DNA of 64,000 bases from Nitrospirota bacterium (GTDB lineage: Bacteria; Nitrospirota; UBA9217). The first letter of the stretch is position 1. Each line of letters begins with the position of its first letter. Below the pieces are notes generated by a model. The model made no database searches, was not told the origin of the DNA, and was given only the letters and a program-made list of their open reading frames with translations. Shown here piece by piece: positions 30,339-39,223 of this stretch. A program made the position numbers and the translations under genes. The stretch lies in the NCBI GenBank assembly GCA_963754875.1, contig CAVWHO010000016.1, positions 32,001 through 96,000 on the forward strand. The letters run 5' to 3'.

Positions 30339-30457
30339 TCTCGTACTCCTGTCCTTTGGTCGCTAAGTTTCTGAGGGATCTGGTTTGGGCTTGGTTCCGG
30401 CGGGATGACCCTCTGCATGCAGATGCAAACGCTCCTGCACACTTTTTCAGCAAAGGT

Positions 30458-30485
30458 AAAAAAAGCCCCTCATTCGGGGGCTTTT
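30458..30485 (-). terminator. Terminator-like hairpin in the glutamate synthase leader
   Basis: AAAAGCCCCCGAATGAGGGGCTTTTTTT, downstream of TTGACA(30540-45)-N18-TATTGT(30516-21). Confidence 0.55.
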
Positions 30486-30758
30486 GGCTCTCGGGAAACA
30501 TGACCGAGTCGAAGTACAATACACCTGATCGCGTTCTGCTGTCAAGCCGAAATTTCGCTATACTCCCGGAAGAACAGGAGGAATTAGGAGATGCGCGAAG
30601 GCATCCTCGCATTAGAAAGTATGATATTTCAGGCGGGGTATCTTCATGCTGATTTGCGTCTGAGAACGGGTAGAGAGGCGCTTGTGTGGTAAAAGATTAT
30701 TGCAGGTGAACGTCTTTTGAACATTCCCGCCTTCTGTTAGGAAGGCGGGAATTGACCA

Positions 30759-30950
30759 CTACTGGCACTTCCTGCAGGTCTTTATGCCGAGGAGCGCATA
30801 GGGCGGGCACCAGCCCATGACGCCCGTAGCAAGCGGTACGATACCGAGAAACGCCCAATTGGTCTTCGGCCCCACAAAAGCGAGGGAGAGAATGAATAAA
30901 CCCGCGACGATCCTGATCGTCCTTTCCCAAGAACCGACATTTTTCTGCAT
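30759..30950 (-). CDS. DUF2892 (YgaP-like) small membrane protein
   Basis: MQKNVGSWERTIRIVAG...LATG..GWCP.YALLGI.TC; AAGGAGG RBS; 13-bp hairpin at 30723-30752 downstream. Confidence 0.88.
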   Translation of the reverse strand: MQKNVGSWERTIRIVAGLFILSLAFVGPKTNWAFLGIVPLATGVMGWCPPYALLGIKTCRKCQ

Positions 30951-31035
30951 AATCTGTTCCTCCTTGATTGCGGTATGAGCCGGCCGCGCTCCCGGCCGTT
31001 TATGTAGATCACCATACCAGATCAAAGGAACGATG

Positions 31036-31054
31036 TCTGTGACTTTGTCACAGA
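31036..31054 (-). promoter_or_regulatory. Palindromic operator upstream of DUF2892, probably bound by the adjacent Crp/Fnr protein
   Basis: TCTGTGAC-ttt-GTCACAGA, centred about -41 relative to an extended -10 TGgTATGGT (11 nt span ending 31011; hexamer 31011-31016). Confidence 0.65.
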
Positions 31055-31060
31055 GGTACC

Positions 31061-31154
31061 GAGGACGACGGATGACCGCTCACTCCGTTCGCTACGACGA
31101 TGGACGAAAAATCTTTCCTTCACTCGTCCGTCGTCCGTCGTCTCTCGTGCATCA
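31061..31154. repeat. Heptamer (GGACGAC/GGACGAT vs CGTCCGT) tandem inverted repeat
   Basis: ggacgacggatgac and gacgatggacg on the left; ctcgtccgtcgtccgtcgtc on the right. Confidence 0.7.
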
Positions 31155-31796
31155 TCACCTCAGGAGGGCTATCGAATTCCGGGACAGCTTGACCAGCTGT
31201 TTTCGTTCAAAATCCTTGAGCAGGCGGCTGATTACTTCGCGGGACGTGCCGAGGTCGTTTGCGATCTTCTGATGCGTGGTCTCAAGACTGCCGTCCTTTG
31301 ACTTCTCGCTGAGATAGTCCATGAGCCGCTGGTCCATCCTGCCGAAGGCCACCTCCTCCACGAGTTCCATGACCGAGGCAAGCCGCCGGCTCAGAAGAGT
31401 GAAAACAAAGTCCCTCATCGTTTCATGCTCCATCACGAGCCGGCGGAAAACCGGAGAAGGCACGAGCAAGAGGTTTACGTCCGAGGTCGCCACGGCGTTA
31501 GCGGGATAGGTCGTTCCGGAGAGGATGCAGGAGGCGTTCAGGATACAGGTTTCGCCGGGACCGATCTCATAAAGCGTGATCTCCCTTCCGGTATCGCCGA
31601 CCTTGAACACCCTGATCCCGCCCGACAAAATAAAGGCGATCGCCGAACAGGCGTCGCCTTCGGCATATATTTGGGCATCGCGGGGGATTGACTGCTGTCG
31701 TCCGGCGGCAAGCAAGTCCTGTACAAGGTTTCGCAGACCGCCCTGGAACGGTGGAAATGTTTTTACAAAATCGTCTCTGGACATCATGGCCGGCAC
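31155..31796 (-). CDS. Crp/Fnr family transcriptional regulator
   Basis: GREITLYEIGPGETCILNASC effector domain; THQKIANDLGTSREVISRLLK HTH. Confidence 0.92.
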   Translation of the reverse strand: MPAMMSRDDFVKTFPPFQGGLRNLVQDLLAAGRQQSIPRDAQIYAEGDACSAIAFILSGGIRVFKVGDTGREITLYEIGPGETCILNASCILSGTTYPANAVATSDVNLLLVPSPVFRRLVMEHETMRDFVFTLLSRRLASVMELVEEVAFGRMDQRLMDYLSEKSKDGSLETTHQKIANDLGTSREVISRLLKDFERKQLVKLSRNSIALLR

Positions 31797-31843
31797 CTCC
31801 CTGCTTTTCCTATTATATCGGACTTCCTGGGCCGGGCAAATAG

Positions 31844-31870
31844 AAAAAGAAGGGGCTGTAGCCCCTTCTT
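31844..31870 (-). terminator. Intrinsic terminator
   Basis: AAGAAGGGGCT-ac-AGCCCCTTCTTTTT on the minus strand. Confidence 0.65.
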
Positions 31871-32072
31871 CGTTCAGGATAGCATCCGAGGCATATTTCC
31901 CGCCGCGTGTGATGCCGAGCGTAGCAAAGCACTATTCGAATATTCCGCATGGGACTAAACATATTTTTGTCCAGAATAGTCAACACCTCTAGCCGGGTTT
32001 TTCAGGGGACTATGCTACTATGCTGATGAGATGAATGGCCGCACAAAAAATTCCCGGGAGCTCGCAAAACTA

Positions 32073-34040
32073 TTACGATAGAACCCTGAGATCGTTGGGC
32101 TCATGGATCGGTTCAGAACACGCATTTTGGCCGCAGGGTATGACGCGGTCATGATCGTCCCCATAAACGATCGCTGCGTACACTTTCCCCGTGAGAGCCC
32201 GGGCAGTGGCGGCAAGGTCGCTCCCCGGCGCCGCTTCAACAGCAAGTTTGAGCATGCGAAACGACGCATCAAGACTGCAAAAGTAGGTGCCTGCATGCAC
32301 GCCTATTTCGCGCGCAAAGCCGGCAAAGAGCCTGAGCGACTGCTCGCCGAACTGCCGGTATTCGTCCTTTCCGGTCATGAGGGACAGTTTCAGCAGCAGG
32401 AGGATGGCCACGGCGTTTGCCGAGGGATGAGGAGTGTCCTCGATCTTCTTGAGCCTCGTGCCCAGCACCTCCTGTTCCGTGTCGAAGAAGCCGCCGTGAG
32501 CGGGATCGAAAAAATTTTTGATGCAGGTTGTCATGAGCTCTTCAGCCAGGAGAAGATAGCGCTGCGCGGCCGTTGCTTCGTAACCGGCAACCAACGCGTC
32601 GATGAGGTGAATATAATCATCCAGGCCTGCTGGGATAGTCTCTGCGTGCATCAGGGCGCGGCCGCCGTACCGTTCCTTCAGGATGCGTTCAAGGCTCTTC
32701 ACACCGAGGGCCCTGATTTCTTCATCGCCCAGCACGTTAAATGCATGGAAATAGGCGGCAATGAGCATACCGTTCAGGGACGTATAGAGGGTCCGGTCGA
32801 TAAAGGGCGTCACACGCTTTGACCTGGCAATGAGCAATTTTTTCTTTCCGCTCACAACGATCCGACGCGCGTCTTCGACGCTCTTCCCGAGACTTTTTGC
32901 AATCTCCTCAAGGGGCCGTTCTTCGAAGACGACCTTTTTTGCGGGATCATGATGCATGCTCCCCTTTTCATGCAGTAAATAAACCGACAGTACGCCATAC
33001 TCTTCCGGGCCGAGCGCCGATCTCAAATCTTCATCGGTCCAGGTAAAGTATCCTCCTTCGTCATCCGGCGTTACGTCGGCATCCTGGCTCGCGTAGAATC
33101 CGCCCTGCGGATCGGACAGCACTTCCCGCGTAAAAGTGATAATGTCCATAGCGATGTCGCGAAACCGCTTGTCTCTGAATACTGCGAAAGCATCCGTGTA
33201 ATTTCTGAGGAGCCCCGCATTGTCATCAGCCATCTTTTCGAAGTGCGGTACAATCCACGACTCGTCTGTAGAATACCGATGAAACCCGCCGCCGAGGTGG
33301 TCGTGGAACCCGCCGCGCGCCATGGCATCGAGCATTCCGCGCGCGGCTTTGGCCGCCGCAGGATCGTCCTGTACCCGGGACCTCCGTAGCAGGAACTCGA
33401 GGGCCCCGGGCATGGGGAACTTGGGGGCCGAACCGAACCCGCCGTGTTCCCTGTCAAATTGAGAAAGCAGGGAGCGCTCAGCCTCACTGATCAGCGTCTC
33501 GCTGATCGTAGACGGCTCAAGGGCCTCTGATTTGAGCGCGTCCATCACCCGCCGGGAGAATGCCGCGGCGTCTGCATGTTTGGTTTCGTAGAAATTACTC
33601 ACCGCCGTAAGTACTTTCTTGAACCCCGGCCTTCCCTGTCTGTCCTCGGGCGGGAAATAGGTCCCCCCGTAAAAAGGCTTTTTGTCCGGCATCAGAAACA
33701 CGGAAAGCGGCCATCCGCTTCCGCTCCCCATGGCCGCAACCGCCTGCTGATACCTTCGGTCAATGTCGGGCCGCTCGTCACGGTCCAGTTTGATATTGAT
33801 GAAGAGTTCATTCAGGAGCCGCGCGGTCTCTTCCTCTTCAAAGGACTCTTTCGCCATCACATGGCACCAGTGGCACCATACGGCTCCCGTGCTCAGGAAC
33901 ACGGGTTTGTTCTCCCTGCGTGCGCGCTCGAAGGCCTCTTCGGACCAGGGATACCACTCGATCTTCTGGTTTGCGGCGTGCTTGAGATAGGCCGACTTTT
34001 CATTTGCGAGTCTGTTCATAGCAAAAGACAAATCCGCCAT
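32073..34040 (-). CDS. yyaL: YyaL/SSP411-family thioredoxin-domain protein
   Basis: NRLANEKSAYL.HA, WCHWCHVM..ESF, GGTYFPP, GGF..APKFP, VPHFEKM. Confidence 0.92.
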   Translation of the reverse strand: MADLSFAMNRLANEKSAYLKHAANQKIEWYPWSEEAFERARRENKPVFLSTGAVWCHWCHVMAKESFEEEETARLLNELFINIKLDRDERPDIDRRYQQAVAAMGSGSGWPLSVFLMPDKKPFYGGTYFPPEDRQGRPGFKKVLTAVSNFYETKHADAAAFSRRVMDALKSEALEPSTISETLISEAERSLLSQFDREHGGFGSAPKFPMPGALEFLLRRSRVQDDPAAAKAARGMLDAMARGGFHDHLGGGFHRYSTDESWIVPHFEKMADDNAGLLRNYTDAFAVFRDKRFRDIAMDIITFTREVLSDPQGGFYASQDADVTPDDEGGYFTWTDEDLRSALGPEEYGVLSVYLLHEKGSMHHDPAKKVVFEERPLEEIAKSLGKSVEDARRIVVSGKKKLLIARSKRVTPFIDRTLYTSLNGMLIAAYFHAFNVLGDEEIRALGVKSLERILKERYGGRALMHAETIPAGLDDYIHLIDALVAGYEATAAQRYLLLAEELMTTCIKNFFDPAHGGFFDTEQEVLGTRLKKIEDTPHPSANAVAILLLLKLSLMTGKDEYRQFGEQSLRLFAGFAREIGVHAGTYFCSLDASFRMLKLAVEAAPGSDLAATARALTGKVYAAIVYGDDHDRVIPCGQNACSEPIHEPNDLRVLS

Positions 34041-34116
34041 GGAGGTTGGTACTGCGACGCGGAGCTATAATTGTACCCGTGACCGCGGCGCTCTGTGCCT
34101 CTGGCTTTTCTGATTT

Positions 34117-34563
34117 TTAAAACGTCTTCGGGTCTTCCGGCGGGAGAGATGTTTCGTCAAAGGGCATTACGCCAAGCTGGACCATCACGGAATCGATGTC
34201 CCTGACAAGTTGCCGATACTCATATCCCGGCAGTTCTTCGTGCAAGGCCCGTTCGGCTAGACGGTCGAACGCATCGAAATCAAAGGTACCATCGAGCACG
34301 CGCGAACGAACGAGCGCGGCATACAGCGTCCTCTCGTTATTCAGGTCCTCGCCAGGTCGAACATCGAGGCGCACGCGGAGGCCTGGATCTTCAACATAGG
34401 ACCTCATTGCTCCTTCGAGCGCGTCATAAAGCGTCACGACCCCCGCAGCGATTTTACCCTCTCTCAGTCTGCGTTTACCGCCGCGAATGTGGAGCCGCGC
34501 GCGCAGGAACGGCCCTTTCCCGGGTCCGAGTTTTTTTTCGTCCATCAAACCAAAGTGCGGCAT
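34117..34563 (-). CDS. Hypothetical protein
   Basis: 148-aa ORF with GAGG RBS, co-oriented with its neighbours. Confidence 0.65.
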   Translation of the reverse strand: MPHFGLMDEKKLGPGKGPFLRARLHIRGGKRRLREGKIAAGVVTLYDALEGAMRSYVEDPGLRVRLDVRPGEDLNNERTLYAALVRSRVLDGTFDFDAFDRLAERALHEELPGYEYRQLVRDIDSVMVQLGVMPFDETSLPPEDPKTF

Positions 34564-34745
34564 AAAAACCTCGCCTCGCTCAGGAAAACGACTCTCTAGG
34601 GGCTGCCTTCTAATCGTCTCTTGTAGCCTGATTAAAGTATAGCACAGGGGAAGGATGCGGACATTATCCGGAAACGGATGGCCCCGCGAACAAAAAGGGA
34701 GGAGAGGAGTGACGATGCTCCTTAAAAATGGAAACAGCGCCTTGG

Positions 34746-36050
34746 TCAGACCGGGGAGGAATAGGCGTAGCCGTTGTTTCTGTTTTCCTTTACGACGTAC
34801 ATTGCAGCATCGGCTTTATTGACGAGCGTTTCCACGTCATCGCCGTCCTGCGGATAAATGCTGATACCGATGCTTGCGCCGATCGTGCACACATGTCCCT
34901 TGAGATGGAAAGGCTCTGAAAGAACGGCAAGGATCTTCTCTGCCACGATACCGGCATCCATTGGCGCCGCGATACGGCCGCAGATGCCGATAAATTCATC
35001 TCCCCCCATACGCGCAACGGTGTCGGCTTTGCGGGTACAGGTGGTCATCCGTTTCCCTGCTTCGACGAGGAGCAGGTCCCCCACTTCGTGGCCGAGCGTA
35101 TCGTTGATCTTCTTGAAGCGGTCCAGGTCCATGTACAGGAGAGCGAGGACATAGTGGTTCCGCTTGGCGAGCGCCAGCAGCTGGTTCATGCGGTCAAAAA
35201 AAAGCGTGCGGTTCGGCAGCCCCGTAAGCGTGTCGTACAACGCGAGCCGCTGAAGCCTTTCTTCCACGATCTTCCGTTCGCTGATGTCCCGGAAAATCTG
35301 CTGGATCGCCGGCCTCCCCTCGTAGGTGAAGAATACTCCCGCGACTTCCACGTTGATCTCCTTGCCGTCGAGGCGGATGAATTTTTGTTCGATCCAGGGC
35401 GCGCAGTTTTTGTTCTGTTCAATGAGTCGCACCCGTTCGGTCGTGATCTGCCGGAAATCAGGATGAACGAAGTCCATGATGTTTGCGCCGATAAGCTGCT
35501 CGGGACCCGCTGCTCCGAGGAAACGCGCGCCAGCAGGGTTCAGAAAAACGAATTTCCCTTCGGCATGCACGGCAATCCCGTCCGGAGAAAGCTCCACGAG
35601 CAAGCGGTAGCGTTCTTCACCTTCCTGTACCGCCGCTTCCATCTGTTTTCGTTCCTGGAGAAGATGCTGCTGGTAAAGTACGCGGTCGATGACCACGGGA
35701 AGCAGCTCGAAGTACTTCATCTCGACGTCTTTGACGATATAGTCCTTGGCCCCGAGCCTGAGCGCTTCGACGGCCACTCCTTCGTTCCCTTGCCCGGTGA
35801 CCATGATCGTCGGAACGACAGTTCCCCGCTCGTTAAGCGCACGGATGACGTCGATGCCGCCGCGAAACGGCATATTGTAATCGACGAGCAGCAAATCGTA
35901 GTGCGTTGCCGCAAGTTTCGCGAGCCCCTCCTCGCCGTCTGCGGCGGTGTCGATGATGTAACCGCGGCGCTGCAGGCTCTTCTGCAAAAGACGGGCGAGC
36001 CCGGGGTCGTCTTCCATATAGAGGATGCGGTTTGCCGTTCTATCAACCAT
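34746..36050 (-). CDS. Diguanylate cyclase (REC-PAS-GGDEF)
   Basis: ILYMEDD...LLVDY.MP receiver; PAS; YDTLTGLPNR; RKAD I-site; RMGGDEF. Confidence 0.93.
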   Translation of the reverse strand: MVDRTANRILYMEDDPGLARLLQKSLQRRGYIIDTAADGEEGLAKLAATHYDLLLVDYNMPFRGGIDVIRALNERGTVVPTIMVTGQGNEGVAVEALRLGAKDYIVKDVEMKYFELLPVVIDRVLYQQHLLQERKQMEAAVQEGEERYRLLVELSPDGIAVHAEGKFVFLNPAGARFLGAAGPEQLIGANIMDFVHPDFRQITTERVRLIEQNKNCAPWIEQKFIRLDGKEINVEVAGVFFTYEGRPAIQQIFRDISERKIVEERLQRLALYDTLTGLPNRTLFFDRMNQLLALAKRNHYVLALLYMDLDRFKKINDTLGHEVGDLLLVEAGKRMTTCTRKADTVARMGGDEFIGICGRIAAPMDAGIVAEKILAVLSEPFHLKGHVCTIGASIGISIYPQDGDDVETLVNKADAAMYVVKENRNNGYAYSSPV

Positions 36051-36498
36051 TGCCGTCCCCCCTCGTGGGAATTTTTACAACGGTGAGGAATATCCTGAGC
36101 TTTTTGAGGACATCGGAGAATTGATCGTACACGACCGGTTTGGTGATGTACATGTTGCAGCCGAGGTCATGGCACCGTTCGATCTCCTGCGGGTTGTCGG
36201 TCGTCGTCAAGACCACGACAGGGATGCGCCGTGTGCGCTCGTCTTTTTTGAGCCGTTTAAGCACGGTGTAGCCATCGATCACGGGCAGGTTGAGGTCGAG
36301 GAGAACAAGCATCTGCGGGGGGGCCTGCGGTCTTCCTGAATTTTCCGGGGGAAGCAGGAAATCCAGGGCCGTAGCGCCGTCTCGAATCAACGTGATCGGG
36401 TTGATAAGCCCGGCGCGTCTGAGGTTCTTCTCAATCAGTATCGCGTGGCCAGGATCGTCCTCGATCAGGACAATAGGGACCTCCTCGGATCCATTCAT
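36043..36498 (-). CDS. Single-domain response regulator (Rcp-like)
   Basis: LIEDD, LLDLNLP..DG, LTTTD, YITKP. Confidence 0.92.
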   Translation of the reverse strand: MNGSEEVPIVLIEDDPGHAILIEKNLRRAGLINPITLIRDGATALDFLLPPENSGRPQAPPQMLVLLDLNLPVIDGYTVLKRLKKDERTRRIPVVVLTTTDNPQEIERCHDLGCNMYITKPVVYDQFSDVLKKLRIFLTVVKIPTRGDGNG

Positions 36499-36522
36499 CT
36501 TTCTCTCTGTCTCCTCAGGATA

Positions 36523-39174
36523 TCAGACCTCTTTTTCGGGCCGCTGTATCGTAAAGCTGAATGTCGTCCCGACGCCAGGCACGGACTCGCACCAGATGCG
36601 GCCTCCCTGGAGCCGCACCAGCGTTTTCACGAACGCGAGCCCCATGCCTTCCCCGGAAACATCCTGTTTCCCGACGCGCCGGAATATCTCAAAGGCTTTA
36701 GGGATGTCCTCTTTCGCCATACCTCTGCCGTTATCCCGGACATGGAAGACCACCTCGTTGCCGTGCTCCTCGGCCGTTACTTCGATCTCACCCGGACGCC
36801 CGGGCTCGAGATATTTTATCGCGTTGTCGAGCAAATTGCCGACGATCTGTTCGAGCGCCGTCTTGTCCGCAATCACTTCCGGAAGGTCCTTTGAGACTAC
36901 GCGGACGTGCCCATTCTCGATCTGGTGGGCGAAGGAATTGAGGATGCTGTGGATCAGTTCCCTCATGCATACGGGTTCCGGATTCAGCTTGCGCCGGCCG
37001 GCGCGGGACAGCTTGAGGATGGAGCTGATGAGATTGTCCATTCTCGTGACCGACGACCGGATAAAAGTGAGGGCCTCGGGAATATCCTGTTGCAAAATGG
37101 GGCCAAGCTTCATTTTCTCAGACGCATCAAGCACCGGAAGGTGCTTCCGGAAGCACGGCTCGATTTCCTGGAGCGACCGGTCAAGCTCCTCGGAGAACCC
37201 TTTGATGTTGACCAGCGGTGCGCGCAGGTCGTGGGACACGATATAAGCAAAGTTCTTGAGCTCTTCATTGATCTCACTCAGCTCTTCAGAGTATTTCTTC
37301 AGTCGTTCCTCCGCCCGCTTGCGCTCGGAGACATCTCGGAAACTCCACACCCTGCCGACGCTCTTGCCTTCCAAACGGTGTGGGATGGAATAGCGTTCGA
37401 AAATGCGTCCGTCCTTGAAGTGCACCTCATCGAAGTCTTCGGCCTCCGGCTTATCGTACAGCTCTTTGACCTTATTAACAAAAGACTCCGGATCCTTTAG
37501 CTGGCTGAGGACGCGCCGAAGGAGCCGATCATCGTCCTTTTGTTCCATGAGATCCGGAGGAATACCCCAAAGCTCCATGAACTTCTTGTTAAAGTCGACA
37601 ACTTTTCCCTGGCCGTTGACGACAAGTATTCCGTCCGCAGTGGATTCCAGCGTGGCCCGCTTTAGAGAGAGTGATTCCGTAAGTCGCTCCTCAGCCTGTT
37701 TGCGCTCGGTGATATCGCTAAAATACCAGACTCTTCCATAGTACTTCCCGTTGGAAGCAAACATCGGCGAGGAATATCGATCAATTACCCTGCCGTCTTT
37801 CAGCAGGATTTCCTCATGACTCTTTTCTTCCTTGTGCGCGTACAGGTACTTGACCCGCGCTATGAAACCTGCCGGATCAGCGGTCTGGCTGGTGACCAGC
37901 TGCAGCACAGGCAGATCATCCTTGGCTGCCGCCATATCAGGCGGAATGTGCATGAGCTCAATAAACCGTTGATTGTACGATATGATAGTAGCGTCTTCAT
38001 GGACCACCAGAATACCGTCGAGGGAGGTTTCCTGCTGGGTGGAGAGGATGAGATTCCTAAATTCCAGCTCGTTCTGGACGCGCCGTCGCTCGGTGATATC
38101 CTGTGCCACGCACACGATGCCCTGGACGCGGCCGTTGTCATCGTGCATGACCGAAGCGGAAAAGAGCACCGGAATTTTTCTCCCGTCCCAGGTTCGATAA
38201 GTCCGCTCACTCGTGCCGGCCGTCTCAGCGGCGAGCATTGCCAGGATATCTGATGTCCTGCCAGGCTCCGTCGCAACGATCGTGTCTATGTGCCGGCCGA
38301 TGAGTTCCGCCTCAGCATAACCCAGCAACGTGCAGGCAGCGGCGTTCAGCCTCATGATCGTACCTTCGGGCGAAACCACGATCAGTGTATCCAGCATGCT
38401 CGCAATGATGTTGTCGACATAATCCCGGGAAACCGTGGTCCTCTTGAGGTCCTCGGTCATCTGATTAAAGCCGTCAACCAGCATCTGCAGTTCCCCCACT
38501 GTCTTGACCGTGACATGAGTGGAAAGATCGCCTTTTGCAACCCGCGCAGCGGCATGACCAAGTTCTATGATCGGATCTAATATTGTCTTTTTTGAAGTAA
38601 TAAACAGCACCCAACCAAGCACTATTGCTACCATAAGATTGAGCGTAACGACAAAGAGTGCTGTTTTCACGATCTGTTTACTGATATTATGCTCCGACAT
38701 GCCGATAGATACTTTGCCCAGAATGTCCGTGCCGATCATGATGGGAACAGAGATCTCTCTGACAGCAACGTGCTTTTTGATGGTTTCGATAATGTCCGAA
38801 AGTTCGCTGTCTCTTGACAACATCGGGAGGATTTCTTTAAGCCCCGGCCACTTAAAGTTAACACTCTCAAATTGGGTGGTAAGAATTTTCCCGTTGTTGT
38901 CCTGGATAATCGTATAGATGATTTCTTCATCGGTAATCAATTCGCTGTAAACAGTACTCAGTTGGGTGCCGCCATTCATGATTAAGGCGTTTTCGTTGCG
39001 TTTGGCTATGTTGGTCGCGAAACTGAGCCCCTTGCTCGTCAAAGCGTTTTCGAGTGTTGTTCCTACATTGAGTGCAATGACAGCGCTCAGCACACAGGTG
39101 CCGACAAAAAGGATGACAGATATGTCCTTTAAGAATTTATATCGGATGCTTTTCTTAAAACCCTTTTTGAACAT
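36523..39174 (-). CDS. Sensor histidine kinase (2 TM, HAMP, 3 PAS, HisKA, HATPase); start uncertain (39174 or 39219)
   Basis: FAYIVSHDLRAPL H-box; NLLDNAIKY; DNGRG; GEGMGLA. Confidence 0.9.
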   Translation of the reverse strand: MFKKGFKKSIRYKFLKDISVILFVGTCVLSAVIALNVGTTLENALTSKGLSFATNIAKRNENALIMNGGTQLSTVYSELITDEEIIYTIIQDNNGKILTTQFESVNFKWPGLKEILPMLSRDSELSDIIETIKKHVAVREISVPIMIGTDILGKVSIGMSEHNISKQIVKTALFVVTLNLMVAIVLGWVLFITSKKTILDPIIELGHAAARVAKGDLSTHVTVKTVGELQMLVDGFNQMTEDLKRTTVSRDYVDNIIASMLDTLIVVSPEGTIMRLNAAACTLLGYAEAELIGRHIDTIVATEPGRTSDILAMLAAETAGTSERTYRTWDGRKIPVLFSASVMHDDNGRVQGIVCVAQDITERRRVQNELEFRNLILSTQQETSLDGILVVHEDATIISYNQRFIELMHIPPDMAAAKDDLPVLQLVTSQTADPAGFIARVKYLYAHKEEKSHEEILLKDGRVIDRYSSPMFASNGKYYGRVWYFSDITERKQAEERLTESLSLKRATLESTADGILVVNGQGKVVDFNKKFMELWGIPPDLMEQKDDDRLLRRVLSQLKDPESFVNKVKELYDKPEAEDFDEVHFKDGRIFERYSIPHRLEGKSVGRVWSFRDVSERKRAEERLKKYSEELSEINEELKNFAYIVSHDLRAPLVNIKGFSEELDRSLQEIEPCFRKHLPVLDASEKMKLGPILQQDIPEALTFIRSSVTRMDNLISSILKLSRAGRRKLNPEPVCMRELIHSILNSFAHQIENGHVRVVSKDLPEVIADKTALEQIVGNLLDNAIKYLEPGRPGEIEVTAEEHGNEVVFHVRDNGRGMAKEDIPKAFEIFRRVGKQDVSGEGMGLAFVKTLVRLQGGRIWCESVPGVGTTFSFTIQRPEKEV

Positions 39175-39223
39175 GCTGCATTTCCCCATGCCGACTATGG
39201 TTTTCGCAGTCGGCTCCACATTG

